The notes beneath the pieces were generated by a model, which saw nothing but the letters and a program-made list of their open reading frames with translations, was not told the origin of the DNA and did no database searches. A DNA stretch of 64,000 nt. It comes from Candidatus Bathyarchaeia archaeon (GTDB lineage: Bacteria > Patescibacteriota > Microgenomatia > PFEM01 > JAFGMK01). A program made the translations under genes and the position numbers. The stretch is from contig DATKWK010000023.1 of the NCBI GenBank assembly GCA_035529595.1, positions 142,961-206,960 on the forward strand. Reading direction: 5' to 3'. Of the stretch, positions 45,466 through 57,324 are shown piece by piece (position 1 is the stretch's first letter; each line of letters starts with the position of its first letter).

Positions 45466-46449
45466 ATGGGAACAGGTTACTCATATCAAAGAACAAAAAA
45501 AAAGAGGCAGGAAAAACAAAGGCGGGATTTGGTTTATGTGATTGGCATGTTATTGGTTCTGATCGCCTTAATCGGTTCCGGGTTTAGGCTGTATAAATTT
45601 TTCACCACTCGTCAATTACCGAGAAAGGGACAGATTATTATCGGTTTTGAGAGTTTGCCCTTGGCTATCGTTTCATTTGTACCTAGCCAGAAGACACTCG
45701 TTTTTCTTCTCATTCCTGAAAGAACTTTAATAGACGCCGTTCACGGTTACGGCCAGTATCGGGTTGAGGCTTTTAACGAATTAGAAAGAATAAATGAAGA
45801 GTCTTTTCTTTTATCAGAAAGTCTGATCTATCAACTTGGTCTGCCGATTGACGGTTGGGTAAAAAGTGCTCCACCTTTGCCGGCACAACTGGCGGCACGT
45901 GAACTTAAAAAATGGTATCGCCGGGCAATTTGGACGGCTTTCAAAAAGGAGTCTGAAACCAATTTGGCAGCTTTCGACTTAGCCAAAATCTGGTGGTTTG
46001 TTTATGCCGTTAGAAACGCTGATGTGAAAGTCATTTCTTTGGAACAGGAAAAAAGCTTGGATGAAGCTATTTTCCCTGACGGCAGTCTTTTCTATAAAGT
46101 TGATCAGGAAAAAGGTGATTTACTACTCAAAAAATACTTTATCGATGATGAAATTAAGAAAGAAAAACTAACGATCGGTGTTGCCAACGCAACGAATTCC
46201 CCTGGTTTAGCCAAAAAAATTGGTCGGATAATTAATAACTTCGGAGGCACGCTAGTTAAATTAGGAGACTGGTCGCAAAATTTGAATGGATGTGAAATTA
46301 GAGTTAAATCAACAAACGGGGGTTATACTTCTGAAAAACTAGCGCGCGTTTTGGATTGTCCTATCAGAGAAGGGGATTTCGGATCTTTTATGGTTGATGT
46401 TTTGGTTGTTGTCGGCCAGGATTTTTGTGAGAAGGTTAGCTGTGAATAA
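45466..46449 (+). CDS. LytR-CpsA-Psr (LCP)-like protein with LytR_C-type C-terminal domain
   Basis: N-terminal TM. The C-terminus KLTIGVANATNSPGLAKKIGRIINNFGG resembles the LytR C-terminal domain. The core LCP motifs are divergent. Confidence 0.45.
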   Translation: MGTGYSYQRTKKKRQEKQRRDLVYVIGMLLVLIALIGSGFRLYKFFTTRQLPRKGQIIIGFESLPLAIVSFVPSQKTLVFLLIPERTLIDAVHGYGQYRVEAFNELERINEESFLLSESLIYQLGLPIDGWVKSAPPLPAQLAARELKKWYRRAIWTAFKKESETNLAAFDLAKIWWFVYAVRNADVKVISLEQEKSLDEAIFPDGSLFYKVDQEKGDLLLKKYFIDDEIKKEKLTIGVANATNSPGLAKKIGRIINNFGGTLVKLGDWSQNLNGCEIRVKSTNGGYTSEKLARVLDCPIREGDFGSFMVDVLVVVGQDFCEKVSCE

Positions 46450-46461
46450 AAGTAGCCTTTT

Positions 46462-47193
46462 TTACCTCCAGTCCTGTTGATCCTCTTCTGTCGGCTCCTC
46501 TTCGCCGGTCGGTGTCATTTCCGGTCTTTCTTCGTAGATTTTTTTCGGAGAAAGATAGGGGCTGTAATCTACTCCCAAGGTAGGGAAGGAAGTAACATCT
46601 TTATATTTTTTACCTCTTCTTAATTCTCTAATAAAGATCTGTAAATTATCCTTATCAACTCCTTTAATCCAGGCTCTGTATTTGTTACCGCCTTTGATGA
46701 GTCTCAGAAGCCGAAAGGAGACGTCATCAGGCAAAGTACCAAGATAGCGGTTATTATCACTCCGCACTGAGATAAATCTTTTTTTTACATCCAGCTTAAC
46801 TAATTCACCGCAGGATAGGTTGGCTAAAGTTTTGGGAGAAGCAAGTCTGACAAGAGAGATAACTTTGGTTTTACCTGCTTCTTCAAGAAAAAGTGAAGAC
46901 ACCTTTTTAAGGGGGATTTTACGGATCGGTTGCTTTTCCTGAATAATCGTTAGTCTTGCCAGGTTTTTGTTGGCGATCAAATTATATTTATCAAAAGTTA
47001 GAACCCGTTTATAAGTAGTTTTTGCCTGTTTGATTTTGCCTACTTCAGCGTAGGCCCAAGCCAGTCGGTTTAAAGCACTGATATTCTTAGGACTTAGCCG
47101 TATAATTGCTTGATTATACCTTATTGCTTGTTGCCAATCTTCACAACCAGCAGCCCTGATTGCTTCTTTTTCTAATGTTTCGGCCGTTTTCAT
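46462..47193 (-). CDS. TPR-repeat protein with acidic C-terminal tail
   Basis: TPR-like helices (AWAYAEVGKIKQAKTTYKRVL...) and a C-terminal EEEPTEEDQQDW. Confidence 0.6.
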   Translation of the reverse strand: MKTAETLEKEAIRAAGCEDWQQAIRYNQAIIRLSPKNISALNRLAWAYAEVGKIKQAKTTYKRVLTFDKYNLIANKNLARLTIIQEKQPIRKIPLKKVSSLFLEEAGKTKVISLVRLASPKTLANLSCGELVKLDVKKRFISVRSDNNRYLGTLPDDVSFRLLRLIKGGNKYRAWIKGVDKDNLQIFIRELRRGKKYKDVTSFPTLGVDYSPYLSPKKIYEERPEMTPTGEEEPTEEDQQDWR

Positions 47194-47291
47194 TAAGGCA
47201 TAACATATAATTTTGGACTGGGCTTGTCAAGCATAGAATTGTAAAACAGCTGCTGACTTATGCTAAAATAGCTCTTAGGAGGTGTTAGTTT

Positions 47292-48029
47292 ATGTCAGGT
47301 CATTCAAAATGGAGTACAATAAAGCATCAAAAAGAAGCGCAGGATCAAAAGCGGGGGTTGGTTTTTACCAAATTGAGTCGGGCAATTGCCATTGCCGTTC
47401 GCAAGGGGGGCTCTCCTGATCCAGAGACGAATTTTATTCTCCGGTTGGCAATCGAAAAAGCAAGGTCGGCCAATATGCCGAAGGAAAATATTAAAAAGGC
47501 AATCGAACGGGGTAGCGGTGGAGGAGAAGGAACCGTACAAATCTTGAAGGAGGCTGTTTATGAGGGGTTTGGCCCGGAGCAAGTAGGAATAATCATCGAG
47601 ACCTTAACCGACAATACGAATCGAACTGTTTCCGAATTAAAGAAAATATTCGAAACAAAAGGGGGGAGTCTGGCATCTCCCGGTTCCGTTGCCTATTTAT
47701 TTAATAAAGCTGGTTTTCTAATTGTTGAAAAAGTAGGTAATTCTGAAAATCAGCTGTTAAAGCTGATTGATCTGGGAGCCGAAGACGTAGAGGAAATTCA
47801 AAACGGAATTGGGGTATATGTCCAACCAGATCAGTTGGCTCATTTTAAAGAGATGCTCGTCAATTCCGGCTTTAAGGTAAGGGAAATGGAGATGGTAATG
47901 AGACCAAAAGCTCCGATTGTAATTAAGGATAAAAAGGTGTCAGAAAAACTTCTGGCTTTGATGGATGCCCTAAACGAGCACGATAACGTTCAAAAAGTTT
48001 GGGTGAATTTCAATATTGGTATTGGTTAG
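47292..48029 (+). CDS. yebC: YebC/PmpR-family transcriptional regulator
   Basis: MSGHSKWSTIKHQKEAQDQKRGLVFTKLSRAI... Confidence 0.85.
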   Translation: MSGHSKWSTIKHQKEAQDQKRGLVFTKLSRAIAIAVRKGGSPDPETNFILRLAIEKARSANMPKENIKKAIERGSGGGEGTVQILKEAVYEGFGPEQVGIIIETLTDNTNRTVSELKKIFETKGGSLASPGSVAYLFNKAGFLIVEKVGNSENQLLKLIDLGAEDVEEIQNGIGVYVQPDQLAHFKEMLVNSGFKVREMEMVMRPKAPIVIKDKKVSEKLLALMDALNEHDNVQKVWVNFNIGIG

Positions 48030-48065
48030 TAATAAGATCTTGGGGGCAGTCGTAAGATAGGATAA

Positions 48066-48845
48066 TTGGATTCTATGTCGAAAAGAAAAAAAATTATCGC
48101 TACGTCTTTGCTGTTGTCGATAGGTCTAGTTCTTATTCAGACGCGGATTATTCACCAGCGTTACTTGGCAATTCTGATTTTGAGTATATTAAGTTGGCTC
48201 CTCTCGGCTTGGACTCTCAGAGAAGGGTTGAAAGGGATTGGCTGGTTAACTGTTCTTATGCTTCCCTGTCTTTTTACGGCTAGTATAGGCTTGTTTTATT
48301 TTCTTTTACCGGCTCAGTTGGTGGCCCGGATTCCCATTATTATTCTTTATGCTCTGGGGATATATATTCTTTTACTAACCGAGAACATTTTTTCAATCGC
48401 CAGCTTTCGCAATATTCAACTGCTCCGTTCTGCTCAGGCTACTGGTTTTCTTCTGACTCTAATTACCGCGTTTTTCCTATTCGATACTGCTTTTTCTTTC
48501 AGACTTGATCCATGGGCAAACTTTATCGTAATATTAATCATCACTTTTTTTCTAGCACTGCAAGCTCTCTGGTCGGTTAGTCTTGAGGGAAAGGTTACTT
48601 TTAAATTAATTTATACCAGTTTAGTGGCTGCTCTAGTTTTGAGTGAAATTGGCCTGGTAGTTTCTTTCTGGCCGATGGCAATTCCTACCAGTTCGCTCTT
48701 CCTGATTACTGTTTTATATATTCTTCTTGGTTTAATCCAAAGCAAGTTTCAGGAAAAGCTCTTTAGAAATACAGTTAAAGAATATCTTTACGTTGGCATG
48801 GCGGTCTTTGTAATGGTTTGTTTAACTACTAAATGGGGCGGCTAA
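48066..48845 (+). CDS. Hypothetical polytopic membrane protein
   Basis: About 7 TM segments, no motif. Confidence 0.45.
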   Translation: MDSMSKRKKIIATSLLLSIGLVLIQTRIIHQRYLAILILSILSWLLSAWTLREGLKGIGWLTVLMLPCLFTASIGLFYFLLPAQLVARIPIIILYALGIYILLLTENIFSIASFRNIQLLRSAQATGFLLTLITAFFLFDTAFSFRLDPWANFIVILIITFFLALQALWSVSLEGKVTFKLIYTSLVAALVLSEIGLVVSFWPMAIPTSSLFLITVLYILLGLIQSKFQEKLFRNTVKEYLYVGMAVFVMVCLTTKWGG

Positions 48846-49945
48846 AAAAAGATAAAGGAGGCGAAGAGAAGGGGAGTAGCTAGTGTTATCCTATAATATA
48901 TTCTATTATATCTTTTCACGAACCCAATCCATAGTTTTCACGAACAGCAGATTAAAGGCAAGACCGCCAGAAGATATTTGACCATGGGCATGTAGCTAAC
49001 TTAAGATAAAATCAATATAAAAGCACTCATATTTATTAAGCCTCCTCTCTTCAAGCGGAGGTATCCAAAATCGATATAAAATTAATATTAAATTAGCCTC
49101 ATAATATTACAAGATTGCCCAATCATAGCCCCTTTTTCGTGATATATATTGATATAGTTTAAGAAAAGCTTGTGGAAAAGTAAATGCCGCTTGAAAAGAA
49201 CTTACCTGATTAAAACAAAGAACTAGTTTGCAGACAGTCATGCTATTATGTTTTCTTTTTAAGAAATGGTCCCTATTTCTCCGGACATAGCTTTCTGGTA
49301 AATTTTTAAATAAGACACCAGCTAACCTTTAACACCATGTCGTACAATGTAACTTTTGCGACGTTGGTAGAAAGTAATTGTCGGGGAGGGACTTTTTAGA
49401 AATTTATTATAAAATAAATTGAACAAAATAAAATCTAGAAATAGATAATACTGAATAAGCTTTTGATAAAGATTTCTCTATTATGTGAACATCTTATGAT
49501 TATAATAATAATTACTTTTTAGGCAGACGATACTTCTCCGTTCTTTGTCGGTATCCCCTGGTAATTTTTTGGTTAATCAATGACAATTTTTTATGTTTGT
49601 GTCAATTAATATGATCACTTAATCGGGTAGACTCCTAAACAGGCTTTAAAATGGCTCTAGGCGGCTCGTTCTATTTAAAAGTGATATGGGTTTAAAAAAG
49701 TTTATTTATTTACCGCCATTTTATCCTTTATTACTTATGTCGCACAATATTGACATTAAAATTGTTTTAGATTATGATGTTTATGTAATAAGCAAGACGG
49801 ATGTAAATCATATTTAACCACGGATATTAAATTACAATTAATATATTATGGTTGGAAAGAGTTTATCCTAACATGAAAATTATAGGCCTATTCCCCTACT
49901 TCACTATAGGATTAATTCGGGACCAGAAAAGAAATTTCTTCTTCG

Positions 49946-50899
49946 ATGAAAGAAAAAAAAGACTTGAATCAATTAATTGAAGAGTTCTTGGAACACTTGG
50001 AAGTTGAAAAAAACGCTTCTAGGCTGACAATTAGAAATTATCGCCACTATCTTGGTCGTCTTTTAACTTGGATTGGAAAGAATTTTCCCGGAACTCAAAT
50101 CGATCAGCTTGATCTGGAAATAATTCAGAAATATAGGGTATATTTAGCCCGATATATAGGCAAAAATGGCGAAAGCTTGGCGCTTGTCACTCAGGGCTAT
50201 CATGTGATAGCTTTGCGCTCTTTTCTTAAGTGGCTTCTTAAAAATGATTATAAGACGCTTACTCCAGAGAAAATAGACTTACCTAAGACGCGTTCTAGGT
50301 CATTAAAGTTCTTAACTTTGGAGCAAATCGAAAGCTTACTGGCTCAACCTGCAATCTCGACTATTCGCGGCTTAAGAAATAAGGCAATCTTGGAAATAAT
50401 GTTTTCTACAGGACTACGGGTGTCTGAGGTGGTTAGACTTGACCGTGATCAAGTGAACCTAAAGACACGGGAATTTGGAATAGTCGGTAAGGGCGGCAAG
50501 GCGCGCGTGGTTTTTTTATCTTACCGGGTTGTCAAGTGGCTGACTCGATATCTATCTCAAAGGAAAGACGATTTGAAGCCATTATTTATTAATCACCAAA
50601 AAAAATATGAGGTTGATAAGATTGCCGATCGAAAAACTGATAAGAACGTCAGACTAGGCGTTAGATCGATCCAGCGGTTGGTCAAAAGATATGCTAGGAA
50701 AGCTAAGCTGCCGATTGAAGTAACCCCTCATGTTATCCGTCACTCTTTTGCTACCGATCTGCTTATAGCTGGCGCAGATCTAAGATCGGTTCAAGAGATG
50801 CTTGGACACCAAAATATATCTACGACTCAAATTTATACCCACGTTACTAATCGGCAACTTCGCCAGGTCCACGATGCGTTTCACCGAAAAGGCAGTTAG
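49946..50899 (+). CDS. Tyrosine recombinase, XerC/XerD family
   Basis: Catalytic R (GLRVSE), HxxR (HVIRHSFAT) and Y (TTQIYTHV). A promoter-like TTGACA-17-TATGAT sits at 49752-49780. Confidence 0.85.
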   Translation: MKEKKDLNQLIEEFLEHLEVEKNASRLTIRNYRHYLGRLLTWIGKNFPGTQIDQLDLEIIQKYRVYLARYIGKNGESLALVTQGYHVIALRSFLKWLLKNDYKTLTPEKIDLPKTRSRSLKFLTLEQIESLLAQPAISTIRGLRNKAILEIMFSTGLRVSEVVRLDRDQVNLKTREFGIVGKGGKARVVFLSYRVVKWLTRYLSQRKDDLKPLFINHQKKYEVDKIADRKTDKNVRLGVRSIQRLVKRYARKAKLPIEVTPHVIRHSFATDLLIAGADLRSVQEMLGHQNISTTQIYTHVTNRQLRQVHDAFHRKGS

Positions 50900-51252
50900 C
50901 GCAGGATCGAAGCCTCCGCTGTCTATATGGCTTCGAGCCCAAATAATTTTAGGATCGCCATTTTCTGACAGAAAACCGTTTCGGTTAAGGGGAATTTCTT
51001 GGGGAGAAAACCTATAAAAGCGTAACAAAAAATCGGTTTGATAAAGATGGTGCTCGCGTACCAAAGAACTTGCCGGTCTTTGCGCCAATGGCGTATCGGG
51101 TACCGGCCGAAAAGCAGAATAAAAAATTCTTTTCAAGCCGAAATTTTTCGGTAAAGGTTCACAGCTTAATATTACCCGAATAAATACCGAAGTGTCAAGT
51201 AAGTCTTAAAACCGATATTCTTAGCTTTCTATCGATAATTCCTTATCTGTCT

Positions 51253-53832
51253 TTATAGACAAGTGGCGGCGGCAACAGTGTCTTCAGCTTTAGAGAAGCG
51301 CATCAGAATGACTCCCTGAGTGTCACGTCCCAATCGAGGGATATTTTTAACGGGAAGCTTAATTACTTGGGCCTTTTTACTAGTTAGAATTAACTGTCTT
51401 GAATGTTGGGTTACCAACTGAGCAAGAACTACTTTGCCGGTTTTATCGGTGATATTGGCAACCTTTACTCCGACACCGCCGCGTTTTTGAATCGGGTACT
51501 GGGATAAGGGCGTTCTTTTACCCAAACCTCTTTCACTAACCGTGAGGATATCGCGGAAGTATTTCCGTCGACGATCTTTGGGTTTTTTGGCTTCGGCGGA
51601 AAAAGTCTCCATGCTGACGACGTAATCATTTTTCTTCAGACGAATACCTTTTACTCCCATGGTGTCTCTTCCCATCGGTCGGGCGTCACTCTCCTTAAAG
51701 CGGATTGACTTACCGTCATACGAAACAAGAAGTATATAGTCTTGGCCACTGGTTGCTTTAGCCCAGCAAAGCTGATCGTTTTCCCGTAGTTTAATTGCAA
51801 TCAGACCGGAAGAACGAATATGGGCAAAACTATCAATCGGAGTCTTTTTTACTATACCCTTGTGAGTAGCCGTGAAGATATATTTCTTCTGACTATTCTT
51901 AGTTAAAGGCAATACTGTCTGAATCAGTTCCCCCTGATCGATATTGATAAGATTAATGATCGCATGACCCTTAGCTTGACGGATGCCTTCGGCAATTTCC
52001 CAGGCAGGTAGAGTAAAAACCCGTCCGTGGTTGGTAAAGAAAAGGATCAAATCGTGAGTATTGCAGGTTAAGAAGTGAGCAATTTCATCCGCTTCTTTAG
52101 TGGTCATGCCGGTAACTCCCTTGCCTCCTCTTCTCTGGCTTCGATAGGTATTGACCGGTAATCTTTTTATATAACCGGTTTTAGTGATCGTAATCAGGCA
52201 TTCCTCGGCGGGGACTAGGTCTTCTTCGGAGAAATTCTCAATTTTCTGAGGAAAAACCAGTGTTTTTCGCTCATCGCCATAAGTTTTCTTAATTTCTTCA
52301 AGCTCTTGAAAGATAACTTCTAGTATTTTTTCCGGATGAACCAAGAGAGTGGTAAGACGATCAATGAGTTTCTTAACTTCCTCGTATTCATCCTCGATTT
52401 TCTTTCTTTCCAGCGCTGCCAACCTTCTCAGTTGCATTTCAAGAATCGCCTCGGCCTGAATCTCAGTCAGGGAGAATTTCTTCATTAAGTTTAAGCGGGC
52501 AGCATCGGCGTCGCGAGACTTCTTAATGGTTTCGATTACCTCATCTAAATTATCAAGAGCGATTTTTAACCCTTCCAAGATATGAGCCCGTTTCTTGGCG
52601 GCTCGGAGATCAAAAAAAGTCCGCTTGGTGATCACTTGTTGACGGTGATGAATAAACTCCATCAAAATCTGTCTCAGCGTCAGGAGACGGGGAACACCAT
52701 TGACCAAGGCAACTATATTAGCCGGATAAGTAATTTGCAGTTGGGTATGTTTATAAAGTTTGTTGATGATTACTTTAGGCTTGGCAATCTTTTTTAATTC
52801 AAGCACGATTCGCAAACCGCGGCGATCTGATTCATCTCTCAAATCGGCAATACCCTTGATTTTCTTATCCTTGATTAAAGAGGCAATCTTGGTAATCAGG
52901 ATTGCTTTGTTAACCTGATACGGAATCTCTGAAATAATGATATCCAGTCTATCTTTATTTGTTTCTTCAATTGAGGTTTTACCGCGGGTTAAGATTCTTC
53001 CCTTACCGGTTGTATAGGTTCTGGTGATTTCTTCTTGATCATAAATTAAGCCGCCGGTTGGGAAGTCAGGGCCTTTGATAAATTTTATCAGGTCTTCAGT
53101 TACAGCTTCGGTTTCAAAGGCCGGAGGGCGTGGTGGTCTGAGATTTTTCTTCCCGGATAAGAGATCAATTTTTTCGATTTCGAATTTTTCCTCACCAGCC
53201 GAGACAATAACCCGACCCTTTTTGATCATGAAGTGAAGGGCGTCAATGACTTCCACCAGATTATGAGGGGGAATTTTGGTAGCCATGCCCACAGCAATTC
53301 CATCCGATCCCATCAGTAAGAGATTAGGTATTTTGGCGGGTAACCATACGGGCTCTTTCAGGCTTCCGTCAAAATTATCCCGGAATTCGACTGTTTCTTT
53401 ATCCAAATCGGACAGCAGCTCATCACTAATCTTAGCCATTTTAGCCTCGGTGTAACGCATAGCTGCCGGAGGATCATCATCAATCGAACCGAAGTTACCT
53501 TGACCGATAACGAGCGGATAGCGCATGGAGAAGTCTTGTGCCAGTCGAACCAGAGCCTGATAAATCGGTCCATCACCATGGGGGTGGTACTTACCCATTG
53601 TTTCGCCAACGATCTTGGCTGACTTTGCGAACTTGCTCTTATGGGTTAGTCCCATTTCTTTCATGGCAAACAGTATGCGGCGGTGGACTGGCTTTAGGCC
53701 ATCGCGAACGTCGGGTAAGGCACGGGAGACAATCACGCTCATCGCATAGTCCAGATAGGACTTTTTCATTTCACGGGTAATTTCTGCCGGAATGATTTTG
53801 CCAATTTGGCCCATAGATTTTGCTAAAAACAA
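51253..53832 (-). CDS. gyrA: DNA gyrase subunit A
   Basis: N-terminal ...[30 protein letters not shown], active-site region ...[10 protein letters not shown] and C-terminal beta-pinwheel repeats. Confidence 0.95.
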   Translation of the reverse strand: MFLAKSMGQIGKIIPAEITREMKKSYLDYAMSVIVSRALPDVRDGLKPVHRRILFAMKEMGLTHKSKFAKSAKIVGETMGKYHPHGDGPIYQALVRLAQDFSMRYPLVIGQGNFGSIDDDPPAAMRYTEAKMAKISDELLSDLDKETVEFRDNFDGSLKEPVWLPAKIPNLLLMGSDGIAVGMATKIPPHNLVEVIDALHFMIKKGRVIVSAGEEKFEIEKIDLLSGKKNLRPPRPPAFETEAVTEDLIKFIKGPDFPTGGLIYDQEEITRTYTTGKGRILTRGKTSIEETNKDRLDIIISEIPYQVNKAILITKIASLIKDKKIKGIADLRDESDRRGLRIVLELKKIAKPKVIINKLYKHTQLQITYPANIVALVNGVPRLLTLRQILMEFIHHRQQVITKRTFFDLRAAKKRAHILEGLKIALDNLDEVIETIKKSRDADAARLNLMKKFSLTEIQAEAILEMQLRRLAALERKKIEDEYEEVKKLIDRLTTLLVHPEKILEVIFQELEEIKKTYGDERKTLVFPQKIENFSEEDLVPAEECLITITKTGYIKRLPVNTYRSQRRGGKGVTGMTTKEADEIAHFLTCNTHDLILFFTNHGRVFTLPAWEIAEGIRQAKGHAIINLINIDQGELIQTVLPLTKNSQKKYIFTATHKGIVKKTPIDSFAHIRSSGLIAIKLRENDQLCWAKATSGQDYILLVSYDGKSIRFKESDARPMGRDTMGVKGIRLKKNDYVVSMETFSAEAKKPKDRRRKYFRDILTVSERGLGKRTPLSQYPIQKRGGVGVKVANITDKTGKVVLAQLVTQHSRQLILTSKKAQVIKLPVKNIPRLGRDTQGVILMRFSKAEDTVAAATCL

Positions 53833-53848
53833 ATAGCGCCGGTTAGGC

Positions 53849-54337
53849 TTAACCTTTAGCCGCTCTCTCTAAGCCTTTATTAATTTCTCTTTCTGCCTCT
53901 TGCCGGGAGCGCCAATTTTTAAGTTTGACCCATTTATTTTTTTCCAGGTCCTTGTAGTGCTCAAAAAAGTTTTTTACCTTTTCCTTGGTACTGTCGTCAA
54001 GATCGTCGATGTTTTGGATTTTGCCTAAGAGCGGATCGACTTTAATATCAGGAACCATCAAAATTTTTGTATCAATCCCCTCCTCATCTTCCATTTCCAA
54101 TAATCCTATGACTTGGCAGCTCATTAGGCAACCCGGATAAACTGATTTAGAAGCGAGAACAACCGCATCCAGCGGGTCTTTATCTTCCCCAATTGTTCCG
54201 GGAATAAAGCCGTAGTTGAAGGGAAAATACATTGCTCCGTGTAAAAAACGGTCGACTCGCAATTGTTTGGCTTTTTTATCGAATTCATATTTAACTAAGC
54301 CGCCTTTGGATATTTCAATAAAAATATCGAGTTTCAT
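53849..54337 (-). CDS. ppa: Inorganic pyrophosphatase (family I)
   Basis: EISKGGLVKYEFD...DPLDAVVL core motifs. Sits between gyrB and gyrA. Confidence 0.85.
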   Translation of the reverse strand: MKLDIFIEISKGGLVKYEFDKKAKQLRVDRFLHGAMYFPFNYGFIPGTIGEDKDPLDAVVLASKSVYPGCLMSCQVIGLLEMEDEEGIDTKILMVPDIKVDPLLGKIQNIDDLDDSTKEKVKNFFEHYKDLEKNKWVKLKNWRSRQEAEREINKGLERAAKG

Positions 54338-54355
54338 ATGTGCCTCCTTGATTTG

Positions 54356-56329
<1,974 letters not shown>

Positions 56330-56417
56330 TTATTTAATGCCTGCGTGCAAAAAAGGAACGCAAAAAGAAACGGCTATAGTATTTATAGCCTCGTAATGGC
56401 ATTATATCGGGTTATCA

Positions 56418-56435
56418 TGACAGTTGCAACTGTCA
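56418..56435. promoter_or_regulatory. Perfect 18-bp palindrome TGACAGTTGCAACTGTCA in the gyrB upstream region
   Basis: Read directly. It lies about 90 nt upstream of the gyrB start. A second 7-bp-stem hairpin GGCTATA-gtatt-TATAGCC is at 56372-56390. Confidence 0.4.
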
Positions 56436-56506
56436 ATTCGGTCGGGGTGTTTTAAGGCCGTTTTTGTCGGCGCACAAATTTCTTACCCGGTCAATTTAAT
56501 TTAGCA

Positions 56507-57238
56507 TCATGCATTTTCAATAGTCGGGTAGGCAATAAGTAGGTTTTCGATGAGTAATTTCGGGTTGACATGGTTGTTTAAATATTGCCGAGCTCTCTGC
56601 AGTAAATTAATGATTTTTATTATTTCGTGGAACTTAAGATTCGCAAACGGAAGCATTTGTTTGTCGGTCAATATCCGCTGACGGATTATTTGACGCCAAA
56701 CATGAAGTTGAATATCAACAAAGCCGATTGCTGTTTCCTTTGATTTAGCGATTTTTTCGGCATACAAAAGTCTTCTGCCCGGTCTCATTTCCAAAATCAT
56801 CTTGGTGACCTCGAATTGTTTTTCGATCTCCCCTGCCCCGTAGACGGAGCCGGACTCGACAGGTAATTTAATAATCTCGCAGCGGGAATTGATCGTTTTT
56901 AGAAGTAGATCCTGGTTACGGTTAGTTAAAATTATAATCGAGCTGGCTGGTGGTTCCTCTAGAGTTTTTAAAAGCGCATTTTGAGCGGCGATGGTCAATT
57001 TTTCTGCGTTAATTATCAAGGCGAATTTATGTTTAAGCTGGAAGGGCTTCAGTTGAAGCTGTTTTTTGAGTTGGCGAACCTGGGATATTTTTATCGAATC
57101 AGTTTCCTGGAGAAGAAAAATGTCCGGGTTTTGGAATTGGTCATTGAAGTCCTTATCTTCAATTTTTCTAATAAGGTCAGTAGCTCTTTTTAATCGGATC
57201 TGATCGTTGCCGCCGGTAATCAAAAATGAATGACTCAT
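56507..57238 (-). CDS. holB: DNA polymerase III delta-prime subunit-like
   Basis: ALLKTLEEPP hallmark and AAA+-like fold with a degenerate Walker A (FLITGGNDQ). Confidence 0.7.
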   Translation of the reverse strand: MSHSFLITGGNDQIRLKRATDLIRKIEDKDFNDQFQNPDIFLLQETDSIKISQVRQLKKQLQLKPFQLKHKFALIINAEKLTIAAQNALLKTLEEPPASSIIILTNRNQDLLLKTINSRCEIIKLPVESGSVYGAGEIEKQFEVTKMILEMRPGRRLLYAEKIAKSKETAIGFVDIQLHVWRQIIRQRILTDKQMLPFANLKFHEIIKIINLLQRARQYLNNHVNPKLLIENLLIAYPTIENA

Positions 57239-57324
57239 GATCAGCTTTGGTGATTATTGTTATTTTTTTTCAATTTCAACTCTCATTGACATTTTACCAC
57301 AGGAGAGGTTAAGATGAATTAGGA

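Noticed and set aside
48882-48907. dif site upstream of the recombinase
   Set aside because: The left arm matches at 9 of 11 positions but the XerD-arm core (ATGTAAA / TTATGTTAAAT) is absent. In AT-rich DNA such partial matches are expected by chance. It is mentioned only as a weak candidate in the finding.
48846-49945. RNase P RNA, tmRNA or SRP RNA hidden in the AT-rich gap
   Set aside because: No P4-type GGAAAGUCCGG/ACAGAA, tmRNA GGUUCGAUUCC, or SRP AGGUCAGG...GGAAGCAGCC signatures were visible by eye. This cannot be excluded without a covariance-model scan.
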